Source: an uncultured Opitutales bacterium (lineage in GTDB: Bacteria; Verrucomicrobiota; Verrucomicrobiia; Opitutales; Intestinicryptomonadaceae). Taken from it: a DNA stretch of 17,414 bases. Shown here one piece after another: positions 7,042 through 15,450 of this stretch; the stretch's first letter is position 1; each line of letters opens with the position of its first letter. The position numbers and the translations under genes were made by a program. The DNA is taken from contig CAKUIA010000025.1 in NCBI GenBank assembly GCA_934660865.1, positions 1 to 17,414 on the forward strand, written 5' to 3'. The notes under the pieces are model-generated. The model made no database searches. It was not told where the DNA came from and was given only the letters and a program-made list of their open reading frames with translations.

Positions 7042-7815
7042 TCATTTCTGTATTTTTTTATAAACTCCATTTCCTTTGAACTCAATGATGCCTTTGTCTC
7101 TTAGGAATTGGAGCTGTTGTCTGAGTTTATCTTTGATATGACTGTTGTTAGGGTGCTTTTCTTTAAGTTCCGCGCAATATTCATACATCTGTTTGAGAGA
7201 AAAAATGCCATCCATTCGTTCTACAATATGAAGAGTATCAATAAGCCAACCTCTACTTTCCATAGAATGCGTTTGCAGATTGAAAACCCTCTTATACTGC
7301 GAAATAACATTTGCAACAGGCATTATTTCTCCATTGAGAATTATTGGAATTTTTGCCATTGCAGGAATTTTTTTCATTAAGATCTTACAACCTTCCCAAC
7401 CTGCTCTACGAGCACTTTCATTCAAGGGATTACGCTTTTCAATTATATTAGGAGTAAAGAAACATTTAGGTACAATAACCAAATTATTGACCTCGTACCT
7501 ATTGTAATGCAAGAAGAAGAAACTGGGATTATCCAATGATGTGATCCGGTCAATCATCTTCTCATAACTGCCAGCAGCGACAGTTGATTGAAATCTATCA
7601 CTTTTTGTTTTCTTACTTTTAAGTTCATATTGTGATTTACAATTATCGCAAACATAATCCTTTACAGGTGCATTCGATTTTACGTGTTGAATTGTCACTT
7701 TACCACAAATAGGGCAATACATATTATGTGCGAGCCAATCTTCCGTGAGCACACGAGCTATTTGGCTTGCACTTTTGTAACCGTCGGCCAAAGATATATT
7801 GAATTGTAAGTTCAT
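7042..7815 (-). CDS. dpnC: DpnI-family type IIM restriction endonuclease (cleaves Gm6ATC only when adenine-methylated), 257 aa
   Basis: Collinear with my recollection of Streptococcus pneumoniae DpnI over the full length. N-terminus: FN(I/L)...YKS.SQ.AR.LTEDW......YCP.CG. PD-(D/E)XK core: PVKDYVCDNCKSQYELKSKK. Then DNPSFFFLHY...EVNN..V.PK.F.TP..I..R.PL...ARRAGW.GC. C-terminal winged-helix tail: HIKDKLRQQLQFLRDKGIIEFKGNGVYKK. Confidence 0.9.
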   Translation of the reverse strand: MNLQFNISLADGYKSASQIARVLTEDWLAHNMYCPICGKVTIQHVKSNAPVKDYVCDNCKSQYELKSKKTKSDRFQSTVAAGSYEKMIDRITSLDNPSFFFLHYNRYEVNNLVIVPKCFFTPNIIEKRNPLNESARRAGWEGCKILMKKIPAMAKIPIILNGEIMPVANVISQYKRVFNLQTHSMESRGWLIDTLHIVERMDGIFSLKQMYEYCAELKEKHPNNSHIKDKLRQQLQFLRDKGIIEFKGNGVYKKIQK

Positions 7816-8317
7816 ACTTTTACTTATTTCAAAAATTTTCTATCACCAGTACCTTCAAGAATTCTCATTTGCAGAATAGCAACTTGTTTAAGTTTGATTA
7901 GCTGACCAGATTGCGACATTCCATCGTTGATAAACACAGCGTTGAGTTTAAGAAAGAAAAACTTTGCCGTATTCTATGTCGGGTCAAGATTTTTCTCATT
8001 CTAGCGCTGGTACACCGCCTAAAACATCTCGCGTTTCATCTGTATAATGCAAAAGTTTGAACTATTGTCAAATCATTACCTCTATTGAAGCAAAAACCCC
8101 GTTTTAAACTATTCGGCAAAAATTAGCGCGATAAAAAAAGCATTATTACTATAACCGGCTACTTTTAATAAAATTTGGCAAAGCGATATGCTAAAACAAA
8201 ATTTGCTTTGACGATTATAGCCAGTGCGGGTTTTGCAGAACTTTTAGCAAAAAATAAAATATATGCCCCTGCAATTTATCAACACACGCGCCAAAGGGGA
8301 AAGCCAAAGCCAAATGA

Positions 8318-8354
8318 ACAAAAAAAGAGGGCAAAGCCTTGTGTTTTGCCCTCT
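8318..8354 (-). terminator. Rho-independent terminator of the RHH gene
   Basis: Stem AGAGGGCAAA (8326-8335) pairs with TTTGCCCTCT (8345-8354). A T-run follows on the minus strand (the A-run at 8318-8325 on plus). Confidence 0.75.
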
Positions 8355-8376
8355 TTAAAGTTATAAGCAAAAAGAC

Positions 8377-8577
8377 TTATTTTAAAATCTTTTTGGGTTC
8401 GGCAACAGCCAACGAACGTTGTGCCAAATTGAACAATGTATTGGCAATAAAGTTCGAACGGTTCCTGTTCTCAGCGTCCGCCATTTTGTCGATTTGTTCC
8501 ACCAATTTCTTGGGGAGACTAATCGAGATTTGGGTCATTCCTGGTGCTCTTGTTAGACTGCCTTTCGGTCTCGCCAT
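8377..8577 (-). CDS. Ribbon-helix-helix (CopG/Arc/MetJ-type) DNA-binding protein, 66 aa, with no adjacent toxin gene
   Basis: ATG start. ISISLPKKLVEQIDKMADAENRNRSNFIANTLFN fits the beta-strand / helix / helix RHH pattern (xIxLPxxLxxxLdxxA...gxsRSxfIxxal). It is monocistronic, bounded by its own terminator. Confidence 0.6.
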   Translation of the reverse strand: MARPKGSLTRAPGMTQISISLPKKLVEQIDKMADAENRNRSNFIANTLFNLAQRSLAVAEPKKILK

Positions 8578-8604
8578 AATTTTCTAGCCTCGTTTGTTTG
8601 TTAT

Positions 8605-8638
8605 GGTTAAGTTTCAGAATCTAAAGTTAAAGTTTCTG
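8605..8638. repeat. Direct repeat GTTAAGTTTC / GTTAAAGTTTC upstream of the RHH gene (candidate operator)
   Basis: GGTTAAGTTTCAG (8605-8617) and AGTTAAAGTTTCTG (8625-8638), 28-60 nt upstream of the RHH start on the minus strand. Confidence 0.4.
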
Positions 8639-8682
8639 TATACTTTTAATATATAAGTTATAAAACTAAATCGGAATAAAAT

Positions 8683-8715
8683 GTATATTTTTGCGAAAGT
8701 CAAGTATATTTTTGC
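8683..8715. repeat. Perfect 12 bp direct repeat GTATATTTTTGC, two copies with 21 bp periodicity
   Basis: 8683-8694 and 8704-8715 are identical. They lie between the rodZ-like stop and the RHH gene. On the minus strand a TTGACT sits between the copies. Confidence 0.6.
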
Positions 8716-8732
8716 AAAAAAATATCATTTTT

Positions 8733-9578
8733 TTATTTTGTCGGTGGATTTATACTTAATGTCTTTATTCCGCGCATTGGTTTTTTCTTTTGTAAATCCA
8801 GCACTTCGCCGTTTTTTTCGATTTTTATTTTCTCTACATCGGTTACGCGCAATATCACTTTGCCCGACACCTTAAATTCCTTCTTTTCGCCGCTTTTAAT
8901 TGCCCCAGCGTATACGGGGCTGTTGGCGGTGTCGGGATAGTGCAAGTTTATATAGGTGTCGCTGTCGCCCGTGCACAAAATACCCAATGTGTAGTCGGCT
9001 AAAGGCGCGCTTTGCGAAGCGGCCGCTTCGGGCTGTGCGCTTTCCGAAATTTCGGGGTTGGCAGTTTTGTGCGGTTTTGCAAGCAACGCGCTTAGCCCCC
9101 AAAACAGCAATGCGCAAACCGCTATTGTGGCAACAAAAACCGCGGCAATTTTAACGTATTTTTTGCCGTCTCCGTCGCTGTCTAACGGGTTTGGCGAAGT
9201 TCCGAAATAGTCTTTGCCCGATTCGAACCTGCCCGAAACATCTAAATTGTCGCCGTCTGTTGCGGGAGCGTCGTCTTGCGACATTTCCGAGGCGGTTATC
9301 CTGCCCAAAATCTGCGCGCCCAAATGCCTGCTGTGGGCGTCTTGCACAAGCGACATAGCCTTGTATTCCTGCATGATTTCGTCGGGGTTAAGCTTTAAAA
9401 ATTCGGCATACAGGCGCAAAAAGCCCCTACGATAAACGTCGGGCATATTGTAGGAAAAGTCGTTCTTTTCCATCGAGAACAAATATTCCTCCCTGATTTT
9501 CAGCCTTGCAGCCACCTCTTTCAACGAAATATTGCGCGCAACGCGAGCCTGTTCGAGTCTTTCACCGATATTTTTCAT
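8733..9578 (-). CDS. rodZ: RodZ-like cytoskeleton/shape protein (N-terminal XRE-type HTH, one TM helix, C-terminal DUF4115-like domain), 281 aa
   Basis: MKNIGERLEQARVARNISLKEVAARLKIREEYLFSMEKNDFS...VYRRGFLRLYAEFLKL is the RodZ HTH signature. A TM segment IAAVFVATIAVCALLFWGLSALLA follows. The beta-rich C-terminus reads SGKVILRVTDVEKIKIEKNGEVL. I prefer the ATG at 9578 to the TTG at 9608 used by the ORF track. Confidence 0.72.
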   Translation of the reverse strand: MKNIGERLEQARVARNISLKEVAARLKIREEYLFSMEKNDFSYNMPDVYRRGFLRLYAEFLKLNPDEIMQEYKAMSLVQDAHSRHLGAQILGRITASEMSQDDAPATDGDNLDVSGRFESGKDYFGTSPNPLDSDGDGKKYVKIAAVFVATIAVCALLFWGLSALLAKPHKTANPEISESAQPEAAASQSAPLADYTLGILCTGDSDTYINLHYPDTANSPVYAGAIKSGEKKEFKVSGKVILRVTDVEKIKIEKNGEVLDLQKKKPMRGIKTLSINPPTK

Positions 9579-9702
9579 ATTTTTTATTTTTTCGGAATTT
9601 CTAAACAAATTATTTCTTTTTGCAATCTATTTTATAAAAAATATTTACATATCAAAACAAAACCATAGAATAATCCGGAAATTTTTAAGGCAAAATCGGT
9701 TT

Positions 9703-10809
9703 ATGTTTATACTCGACAGGTACATTTTCTCGCAGTGGTTCAAAATATTTTTCGGAGCAATGTTTGTTACTTTGGGGATATTGATTTTGCACGACGCCTA
9801 CAGCGACCTGCCCGACCTTATCTCGTACGGCGCAAACGCCGCCACAATAATAAAGTATTACGCGCTTAAGCTGCCCTCGTACATTCCCGTGGTTTTGCCC
9901 ATAAGCCTTTTGCTGTCGATAATATTTTCGCTGGGCACTTTGCACAGAAATTCCGAAATTATCGCAATGCGGGCCGCGGGCCTTACAATTTGGCGCATTT
10001 CAAGGCCGCTGTGGGCGGCGGGCATTTGCCTGTCAATACTCCTATTTTACCTTAACGCCGACATTGTTCCCAAAGCCGTGCAGGCCGGCCGTGCCGACAT
10101 CGAAGCCCTGCGCCTTGCAGGCGAAAGAAAGGCCCACAAAACTTCTAACAACGACATTATAAACCACCTGTCGTTTAACAACCGCAAAAACTCCAGAATT
10201 TGGTTTGTGCGCGAGTTTGTAAAATCCACAAACGAGGCAAAGGGCGTTGAAGTTCATGTGCTCGACAGCCAAAGCCGCGAAACGCATGCTGTAAGGGCAA
10301 AATACGGCTTTTACAACAACAGCGACAAGTGTTGGACTTTTAAAGACGGCTTTGAAGTGTTTTTCGACGCGCAAACGTCGAACGCAAAAAGAACGCTTAA
10401 ATTTAGGGAAAAAACATTCAAGGATTTCGGCGAAGACCCCGACATTATGGAGCTTACCATAAAGCGCCCCAAAGACCTTTCGGTGCTGGAGCTTAGGCAC
10501 TTGATAGACGTTTTGGGCGAAGAAAAGGAAATGCTGCCGTATAGCGTTCAGCTGCAAAGCATGCTTACAAGCCCCTTTGTGTGCCTTATAGTTGTGGCCA
10601 TTGCAATTCCGTTTTCGGTTGCGGGCGTTAGAACAAACCCGATGGTGGGTGTTTCGAAAACCGTGGGGCTGTTTTTTGCGTACTATTTGCTTACAAACAT
10701 ATTCACGGCCGTAGGCTCTAAAGACCTTTTAACGCCCGCAATGGCGGCGTGGATACCGAATATAATTATGATGCTTTGGGCGTTGTCGCTATACAGAAAG
10801 GCGGTTTAA
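9703..10809 (+). CDS. LptF/LptG-family (YjgP/YjgQ) lipopolysaccharide export permease, 368 aa
   Basis: MFILDRYIFSQWFKIFFGAMFVTLGILIL is the typical LptF/G start. It has three N-terminal TM helices, a periplasmic beta-jellyroll-sized insert, and three C-terminal TM helices. I chose the internal ATG at 9703 because the track's 57 aa extension is low-complexity and overlaps the divergent promoter region. Confidence 0.85.
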   Translation: MFILDRYIFSQWFKIFFGAMFVTLGILILHDAYSDLPDLISYGANAATIIKYYALKLPSYIPVVLPISLLLSIIFSLGTLHRNSEIIAMRAAGLTIWRISRPLWAAGICLSILLFYLNADIVPKAVQAGRADIEALRLAGERKAHKTSNNDIINHLSFNNRKNSRIWFVREFVKSTNEAKGVEVHVLDSQSRETHAVRAKYGFYNNSDKCWTFKDGFEVFFDAQTSNAKRTLKFREKTFKDFGEDPDIMELTIKRPKDLSVLELRHLIDVLGEEKEMLPYSVQLQSMLTSPFVCLIVVAIAIPFSVAGVRTNPMVGVSKTVGLFFAYYLLTNIFTAVGSKDLLTPAMAAWIPNIIMMLWALSLYRKAV

Positions 10810-10816
10810 AATTTTT

Positions 10817-12106
10817 ATGAAAGACAAATTAAACGTATTGGTTATTGGTTCCGGCGGCCGCGAGCACGCCATTGTAAAGGCGGTTGTAAATTCTCCTTTG
10901 GCTGCAAAGGTATTTTGCGCGCCCTCAAACGGAGGCATTTCGCAAGACTGCCAAAGTGCCGACATTCCCGTAAGCGACCTCGACAAAATTCTGGATTTTT
11001 GCAAAGCCGAAAAGATTGACTTTGTTATTTGCGGGCCCGAAGTGCCCCTTTCGCTCGGCTTGGCCGACCTTTTAAGGGAAAACGGCATTGCAGTTTACGG
11101 GCCGAATAAAGACGGCGCGCAGCTTGAGGCAAGCAAGGCTTTCAGCAAGGCCTTTATGCAAAGGAACAACATTCCGACGGCAATAGGCAAAAACTTTACC
11201 GATTTTGAAAGCGCAAAAAGCTACATAGAAAGCGTGCCCTTTAACGTGGTTGTAAAAGCCAGCGGCTTGGCTGCGGGCAAAGGCGTTATAATACCCGAAA
11301 GCAAAGACGAGGCTATTTCGGCGGCAAAAGACATGCTGTTGAACAAGTCTTTCGGCGAAAGCTCGGCCGAAATTGTTGTAGAGGAAAAAATGGAGGGCGA
11401 AGAAGCCAGCATAATGCTTATTGTTTCGGGCAAAAACTATATTATGCTTCCGCCGAGCCAAGACCACAAACGCATTGGCGAAGGCGACAAAGGCCTTAAT
11501 ACGGGCGGTATGGGTGCCTACGCCCCCGCCGCCGTTGTTACAAAAGAAGTTGAAGCCGACGTAAGGCAGAACATAATTCAGCCCACACTAAACGCCCTGG
11601 CGGCCGAAGGCATAGACTACCGCGGAACTTTGTATGTCGGCATAATGATTACAAAACAGGGCGCAAAGGTTGTGGAATATAACGTGCGCTTCGGAGACCC
11701 CGAATGCCAGGTTTTAATGCCGCTTATAAAGTCCGACGCGCTGGAGATTTTGTTCGACGCAGCCTGCGGCAATTTAGACCCCAGCAAGTGCGAAATTAAA
11801 GACGAATTTGCGGCCACTGTTGTAATGACTTCGAAAGGCTACCCGAATGCCTACGAAAAGGGAAAAGTAATAAGCTTTCCCGACAAGTGCCCCAAAGACG
11901 CCTATATAATACACAGCGGCACAAAAAGGAACGCCGAAGGCAAAATAATAACTTCGGGCGGCAGGGTTTTAAGCATAACGGCAACGGGCAACACGCTGGA
12001 AAACGCGCTTAAAAAGGCATATTCTTTGGTATCCGAAATATCGTTTGAAGGCGCCTATTACCGCAAAGACATTGCACACCGCCAGCTGGCGAGAAACAAA
12101 AAATAG
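10817..12106 (+). CDS. purD: Phosphoribosylamine--glycine ligase PurD
   Basis: 429 aa. It shows VLVIGSGGREHAI, the ATP-grasp core VVVKASGLAAGKGV, GEEAS, DHKR.GEGD.G.NTGGMGAY, and EYNVRFGDPE. Confidence 0.95.
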   Translation: MKDKLNVLVIGSGGREHAIVKAVVNSPLAAKVFCAPSNGGISQDCQSADIPVSDLDKILDFCKAEKIDFVICGPEVPLSLGLADLLRENGIAVYGPNKDGAQLEASKAFSKAFMQRNNIPTAIGKNFTDFESAKSYIESVPFNVVVKASGLAAGKGVIIPESKDEAISAAKDMLLNKSFGESSAEIVVEEKMEGEEASIMLIVSGKNYIMLPPSQDHKRIGEGDKGLNTGGMGAYAPAAVVTKEVEADVRQNIIQPTLNALAAEGIDYRGTLYVGIMITKQGAKVVEYNVRFGDPECQVLMPLIKSDALEILFDAACGNLDPSKCEIKDEFAATVVMTSKGYPNAYEKGKVISFPDKCPKDAYIIHSGTKRNAEGKIITSGGRVLSITATGNTLENALKKAYSLVSEISFEGAYYRKDIAHRQLARNKK

Positions 12107-12110
12107 CAAA

Positions 12111-12602
12111 ATGCCAAACAAACGCGACAGTGTAATATTCCTTTGCACGGGCAATGTTTGCCGCTCGCCGATGGGCGAGGCGCTGCTTAAGCACGCAATA
12201 GCGGCCCTGCCCGAAAACAGCCCCCTAAAAAAGCTGCGGGTTATGTCGGCCGGAACAAGCGCGGCAGTTGGCGGCTATGCCTCGCCAAACTCGGTAAAGG
12301 CGCTCGAAAAAGTCGGCATTTCGCTTAAAAACCACAAGCCCCAACAGCTTACAAAAGAGCTTTTGGGCACCTGCTTTGCACTTGTTGCAATGGAGGATAT
12401 GCACCTGCAAATAGCAAAGGCGTATTTCGGCGACTATATTCCCGAAAACTCGTTTACCCTGCTTTCGCTTTCGGGCAAAAGCGGCTGCGACGCCGACATT
12501 TCAGACCCCTTCGGAATGTCCCAAAAAGTATACGACCACGTCCGCGACGAAATCGTGTCGGGCATTCCAAATCTCGTAAAATTTTTACAGGAAAAACTAT
12601 GA
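12111..12602 (+). CDS. Low-molecular-weight protein phosphatase (LMW-PTP / YwlE-like), 163 aa
   Basis: The P-loop CTGNVCRSPMGE (C-X5-R-S) is near the N-terminus and DISDPFG is near the C-terminus. I chose the ATG at 12111, 5 nt after the purD stop; the track's upstream extension overlaps purD. Confidence 0.85.
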   Translation: MPNKRDSVIFLCTGNVCRSPMGEALLKHAIAALPENSPLKKLRVMSAGTSAAVGGYASPNSVKALEKVGISLKNHKPQQLTKELLGTCFALVAMEDMHLQIAKAYFGDYIPENSFTLLSLSGKSGCDADISDPFGMSQKVYDHVRDEIVSGIPNLVKFLQEKL

Positions 12603-13030
12603 AAATAAGCATTGGTAGCGACCACGGCGGCTTCGACTTAAAAGAGGAAGTCTGCCAATATCTTAAATCCAAACAAATAACAGTAGACGACTGCGGCTGC
12701 TTCGGCAGGGAAAGCGTAGACTACCCCGACTATGCAAAGGCGGTATCCAAAAAAGTCTCCGACGGCGAAAGCGACTACGGCATTTTAATCTGCACAACGG
12801 GCATAGGCATGAGCATTACCGCAAACAAATTCCCGAAAATTAGGGCGGCCCTTTGCGTAAACGAAAATATGGCCGAAATGACCCGCCGCCACAACAACGC
12901 AAATGTCCTTTGCCTTGGCGCGCGCTACACTCCCATCGAAGAGGCAAAAAAATTGGTGGATATATTTTTGTCCACTCAATTCGAGGGCGGCAGACACCTG
13001 CGCAGGGTCGAAAAAATCTCGGCCTGCTAA
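12599..13030 (+). CDS. rpiB: Ribose-5-phosphate isomerase B (RpiB/LacAB family)
   Basis: 143 aa. It shows MKISIGSDHGGFDLKEEV, GILICTTGIGMSITANK, and RHNNANVLCLGAR. It has an ATGA overlap with the upstream phosphatase gene. Confidence 0.93.
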   Translation: MKISIGSDHGGFDLKEEVCQYLKSKQITVDDCGCFGRESVDYPDYAKAVSKKVSDGESDYGILICTTGIGMSITANKFPKIRAALCVNENMAEMTRRHNNANVLCLGARYTPIEEAKKLVDIFLSTQFEGGRHLRRVEKISAC

Positions 13031-13071
13031 ACTTGACATTTAACGACAAAACCAGCTAATATACCTAAATT

Positions 13072-14331
13072 ATGAATAAAGCAATAAGCGCAATTCCCCT
13101 AAAACAACTCGACCCCGAAGTATTCAACGCAATACGCTCGGAAACAAACCGCCAACAAACGCATATCGAATTGATTGCGTCGGAAAACTTCACATATCCG
13201 GCAGTAATGGAAGCGGCCGGCTCTACATTGACAAACAAATATGCCGAAGGCTATCCGAAAAAGAGATACTACGGCGGCTGCCAGTTTGTAGACGTTATAG
13301 AGCAGTTGGCAATAGACAGGGCAAAAGCTCTTTTCGGCGCCGAACACGTTAACGTACAACCCCACTCCGGCTCGCAGGCAAACTTGGCGGTATATTCGGC
13401 GGTGCTTACTCCGGGAGACAAAATTTTGTCGCTTTCGCTGGACCACGGCGGCCACCTAAGCCACGGCCACCCTATGAATATGTCGGGCAAGCTCTACAAC
13501 ATTGTAAGCTACGGCGTAGACAAGGAAACCGAAATGCTAAACTACGACAAGATAGAAGAACAGGCCATGGCGGAAAAGCCCAAGCTGATTGTTGTGGGAG
13601 CTTCGGCATATCCGAGAATTATAGACTTTAAAAGAATGGGCGAAATTGCGCAAAAATGCGGCGCAATGCTTATGGCCGACATCGCCCACATTGCGGCTTT
13701 GGTTGCAACCGGCGTGCACCCCACCCCCGTTCCCTACTGCGACTTTGTAACTACAACAACGCACAAAACGTTGCGCGGCCCCCGCGGCGGCATAATTATG
13801 TGCAAAGAAAAATACGCAAAGGCGATTGATTCGGCCGTGTTCCCCGGCAACCAGGGCGGGCCTTTAATGCACATTATAGCGGCCAAGGCAGTTTGCTTTA
13901 AACAGGCCGCCACCGACGACTTTAAGGAATACGCGAAGCAGGTTGTAGCCAACTGCGCCGCTTTGGCCGACGCTTTAAAGGAAAAGGGCTTTAAGCTTGT
14001 TTCGGGCGGCACCGACAACCACCTTATGCTGCTCGACTTTAGGACAAGCCACCCCGACTTGACCGGTAAAGACGCGCAAGCCGCTCTCGAAAAGGCGAAC
14101 ATTACCACAAACAAAAACACGGTGCCCTTCGAAACGCGCTCGCCGTTTAAGGCAAGCGGTGTAAGGTTGGGAACTGCGGCGGTAACATCGCGCGGTATGG
14201 GCGTTGAGGAAATGAAGCAAATTGCGCAGGCAATAAGCATTGTTTTGGCAAACCCCGAAAGCGAAGAAGGCATTGCAAAGGCCAAGAACATTGTTTTGGA
14301 CTTGTGCAAAAAGTTCCCCCTTCCCTACTAA
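13072..14331 (+). CDS. glyA: Serine hydroxymethyltransferase GlyA
   Basis: 419 aa. It shows [35 protein letters not shown], the PLP-lysine motif [14 protein letters not shown], and FPG.QGGPLMH. Confidence 0.97.
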   Translation: MNKAISAIPLKQLDPEVFNAIRSETNRQQTHIELIASENFTYPAVMEAAGSTLTNKYAEGYPKKRYYGGCQFVDVIEQLAIDRAKALFGAEHVNVQPHSGSQANLAVYSAVLTPGDKILSLSLDHGGHLSHGHPMNMSGKLYNIVSYGVDKETEMLNYDKIEEQAMAEKPKLIVVGASAYPRIIDFKRMGEIAQKCGAMLMADIAHIAALVATGVHPTPVPYCDFVTTTTHKTLRGPRGGIIMCKEKYAKAIDSAVFPGNQGGPLMHIIAAKAVCFKQAATDDFKEYAKQVVANCAALADALKEKGFKLVSGGTDNHLMLLDFRTSHPDLTGKDAQAALEKANITTNKNTVPFETRSPFKASGVRLGTAAVTSRGMGVEEMKQIAQAISIVLANPESEEGIAKAKNIVLDLCKKFPLPY

Positions 14332-14427
14332 TTAAAAAAAGCTTGATTGTTAAGAGTAGTTCGTGTTATATTCCGAATTACTCTAACAAACACTTTACCA
14401 ACAAAAATAATAATTAAATCTACTGAA

Positions 14428-15111
14428 ATGAAAAAATCAAACAAACGAGCGTTTACCCTAATCGAACTTCTTATCGTCGTCGGTATTATCGGCGTATTGG
14501 CAGGCTTGCTTTACCCTGCAATGAGTAAATTTACAAGCACGGGCCCCAAGGTAAAGTCGATGAACAACGCGCGTCAGATTGCGCAGGCATGGATGAACTA
14601 TGTTAAAATGGGTCAAAGGCAGCACATAGTTTCGAAGCCCGACGTATGGCAGTGGGCGGCGGTTCTCGCCGAAAAGGCCGACTTGAACCTCCCCGAAATG
14701 TGGATTCTTTCGAACGACCCGAAAGTTCTTGCCAAGCTCGACGGCGAAAACGCGGCAATGCCCGTTAACGTAGCAAAAAAAGTTGGCAACAACTGGTCTT
14801 TGGATCCCGAATTCAACAAATTCCCCGTAAGCTGGTCGGTTGCAAACGCAGTTTTGGCAAATGCCGAAGCCACAGTTCCCCTAATCTGGACAAGAGGCCT
14901 TAAGCCCAGCGGCATGTGGGACGAAGAAAACGGCGTGTTCGGCGCAGACGGCGGCCACATTGCCTTTGCCGACGGCCACGTTGAATGGTATACATCGCTT
15001 AGAGACGAAAACACAAAGCAGGGTATCCTGCACGTCTACAAGCAAACACAGCGCACCTACAATATTTCGCAGGCCATTAAGGGCGGCTCGCAAAACATCT
15101 TAAACCCGTAA
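14428..15111 (+). CDS. Prepilin-type N-terminal cleavage/methylation domain protein (orphan pseudopilin-like), 227 aa
   Basis: MKKSNKRAFTLIELLIVVGIIGVLAGLL is the class III signal / N-methylation motif. The C-terminal GGHIAFADGHVEW resembles the DGHV tail of the expanded pseudopilin-like families in PVC-group bacteria. I chose the internal ATG at 14428. Confidence 0.8.
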   Translation: MKKSNKRAFTLIELLIVVGIIGVLAGLLYPAMSKFTSTGPKVKSMNNARQIAQAWMNYVKMGQRQHIVSKPDVWQWAAVLAEKADLNLPEMWILSNDPKVLAKLDGENAAMPVNVAKKVGNNWSLDPEFNKFPVSWSVANAVLANAEATVPLIWTRGLKPSGMWDEENGVFGADGGHIAFADGHVEWYTSLRDENTKQGILHVYKQTQRTYNISQAIKGGSQNILNP

Positions 15112-15137
15112 TTTTTACGGCAAAAGATTGCAAAAGG

Positions 15138-15165
15138 CGCACCCGATTTCGGGTGCGTTTTTTTG
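15138..15165 (+). terminator. Rho-independent terminator after the pseudopilin-like gene
   Basis: Stem CGCACCCG pairs with CGGGTGCG around an ATTT loop and is followed by TTTTTTT. Confidence 0.85.
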
Positions 15166-15450
15166 TGTTTTTCGAGTGCACCTTTTTTGTGCCGTCAGTT
15201 TGTGAACACGACACACAAAAAAAGCTTTTTTGCACTTTATTTATAAAATACACATGGAATTTGCGCGCATTATAATACAAGCCTATATTTTGTTTTGCTT
15301 TTGCTTAAGGCGGCCGCTTTAAAATTTTGCTTACATATGGCGACATATCATCTACAAATTCGTCTGCAAACAACCCGACGCAAAAACCTGCGCAACGCCC
15401 CTTTTTATTCTAGGCGTTAATCACATATTTACACGGCACACGGCGCGCAC

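Noticed and set aside
6456-7063. Plus-strand ORFs 6456-6728, 6661-6864 and 6716-7063
   Set aside because: They run antisense through the decayed IS remnant and the DpnI-gene 3' flank. Their products are Ser/Leu/Phe-rich low-complexity sequences with no start context.
8043-8354. Plus-strand TATAAT at 8043-8048 that might drive a ~300 nt transcript ending at the 8326-8354 hairpin
   Set aside because: There is no acceptable -35 or properly spaced extended -10 element, and the hairpin's T-run is on the minus strand. This is too weak to call an sRNA.
8175-8587. ORFs 8175-8366 (TTG start, Lys-rich) and 8339-8587
   Set aside because: The first reads straight through the RHH terminator hairpin. The second is antisense to the RHH gene.
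5231-8732. Direct repeat of the tRNA-Pro 3' end that would mark an attL/attR pair
   Set aside because: I looked for copies of GGTTCGAATCCCACTCGCCCGA or its 3' half across the window. The only TTCGAAT match was the unrelated T-loop of tRNA-Ser, so no att duplication can be claimed.
9532-9702. N-terminal extensions proposed by the ORF track: 9532 for the lptF/G-family gene, 12045 for the phosphatase, 14347 for the pseudopilin, 4135 and 4250 for the small phage-like genes, and the TTG starts at 9608 and 16865
   Set aside because: The extensions are low-complexity, overlap upstream genes or promoter regions, and precede an ATG that begins exactly at the conserved family N-terminus (MFILDRY, MPNKRDSVIFLCTGN, MKKSNKRAFTLIELL, MKNIGERL, MNKKITPF).
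13734-14309. 191 aa minus-strand ORF, plus other antisense ORFs in glyA, purD, the lptF/G-family gene and the MFS gene (for example 10042-10557, 11072-11467, 16258-16656)
   Set aside because: They are antisense to genes with unambiguous conserved motifs. No motifs of their own were seen, and they are typical shadow ORFs.
15077-15280. 67 aa minus-strand ORF
   Set aside because: It overlaps the 3' end of the pseudopilin-like gene and runs through its terminator hairpin. Its product is Lys/Arg-rich with no motif.
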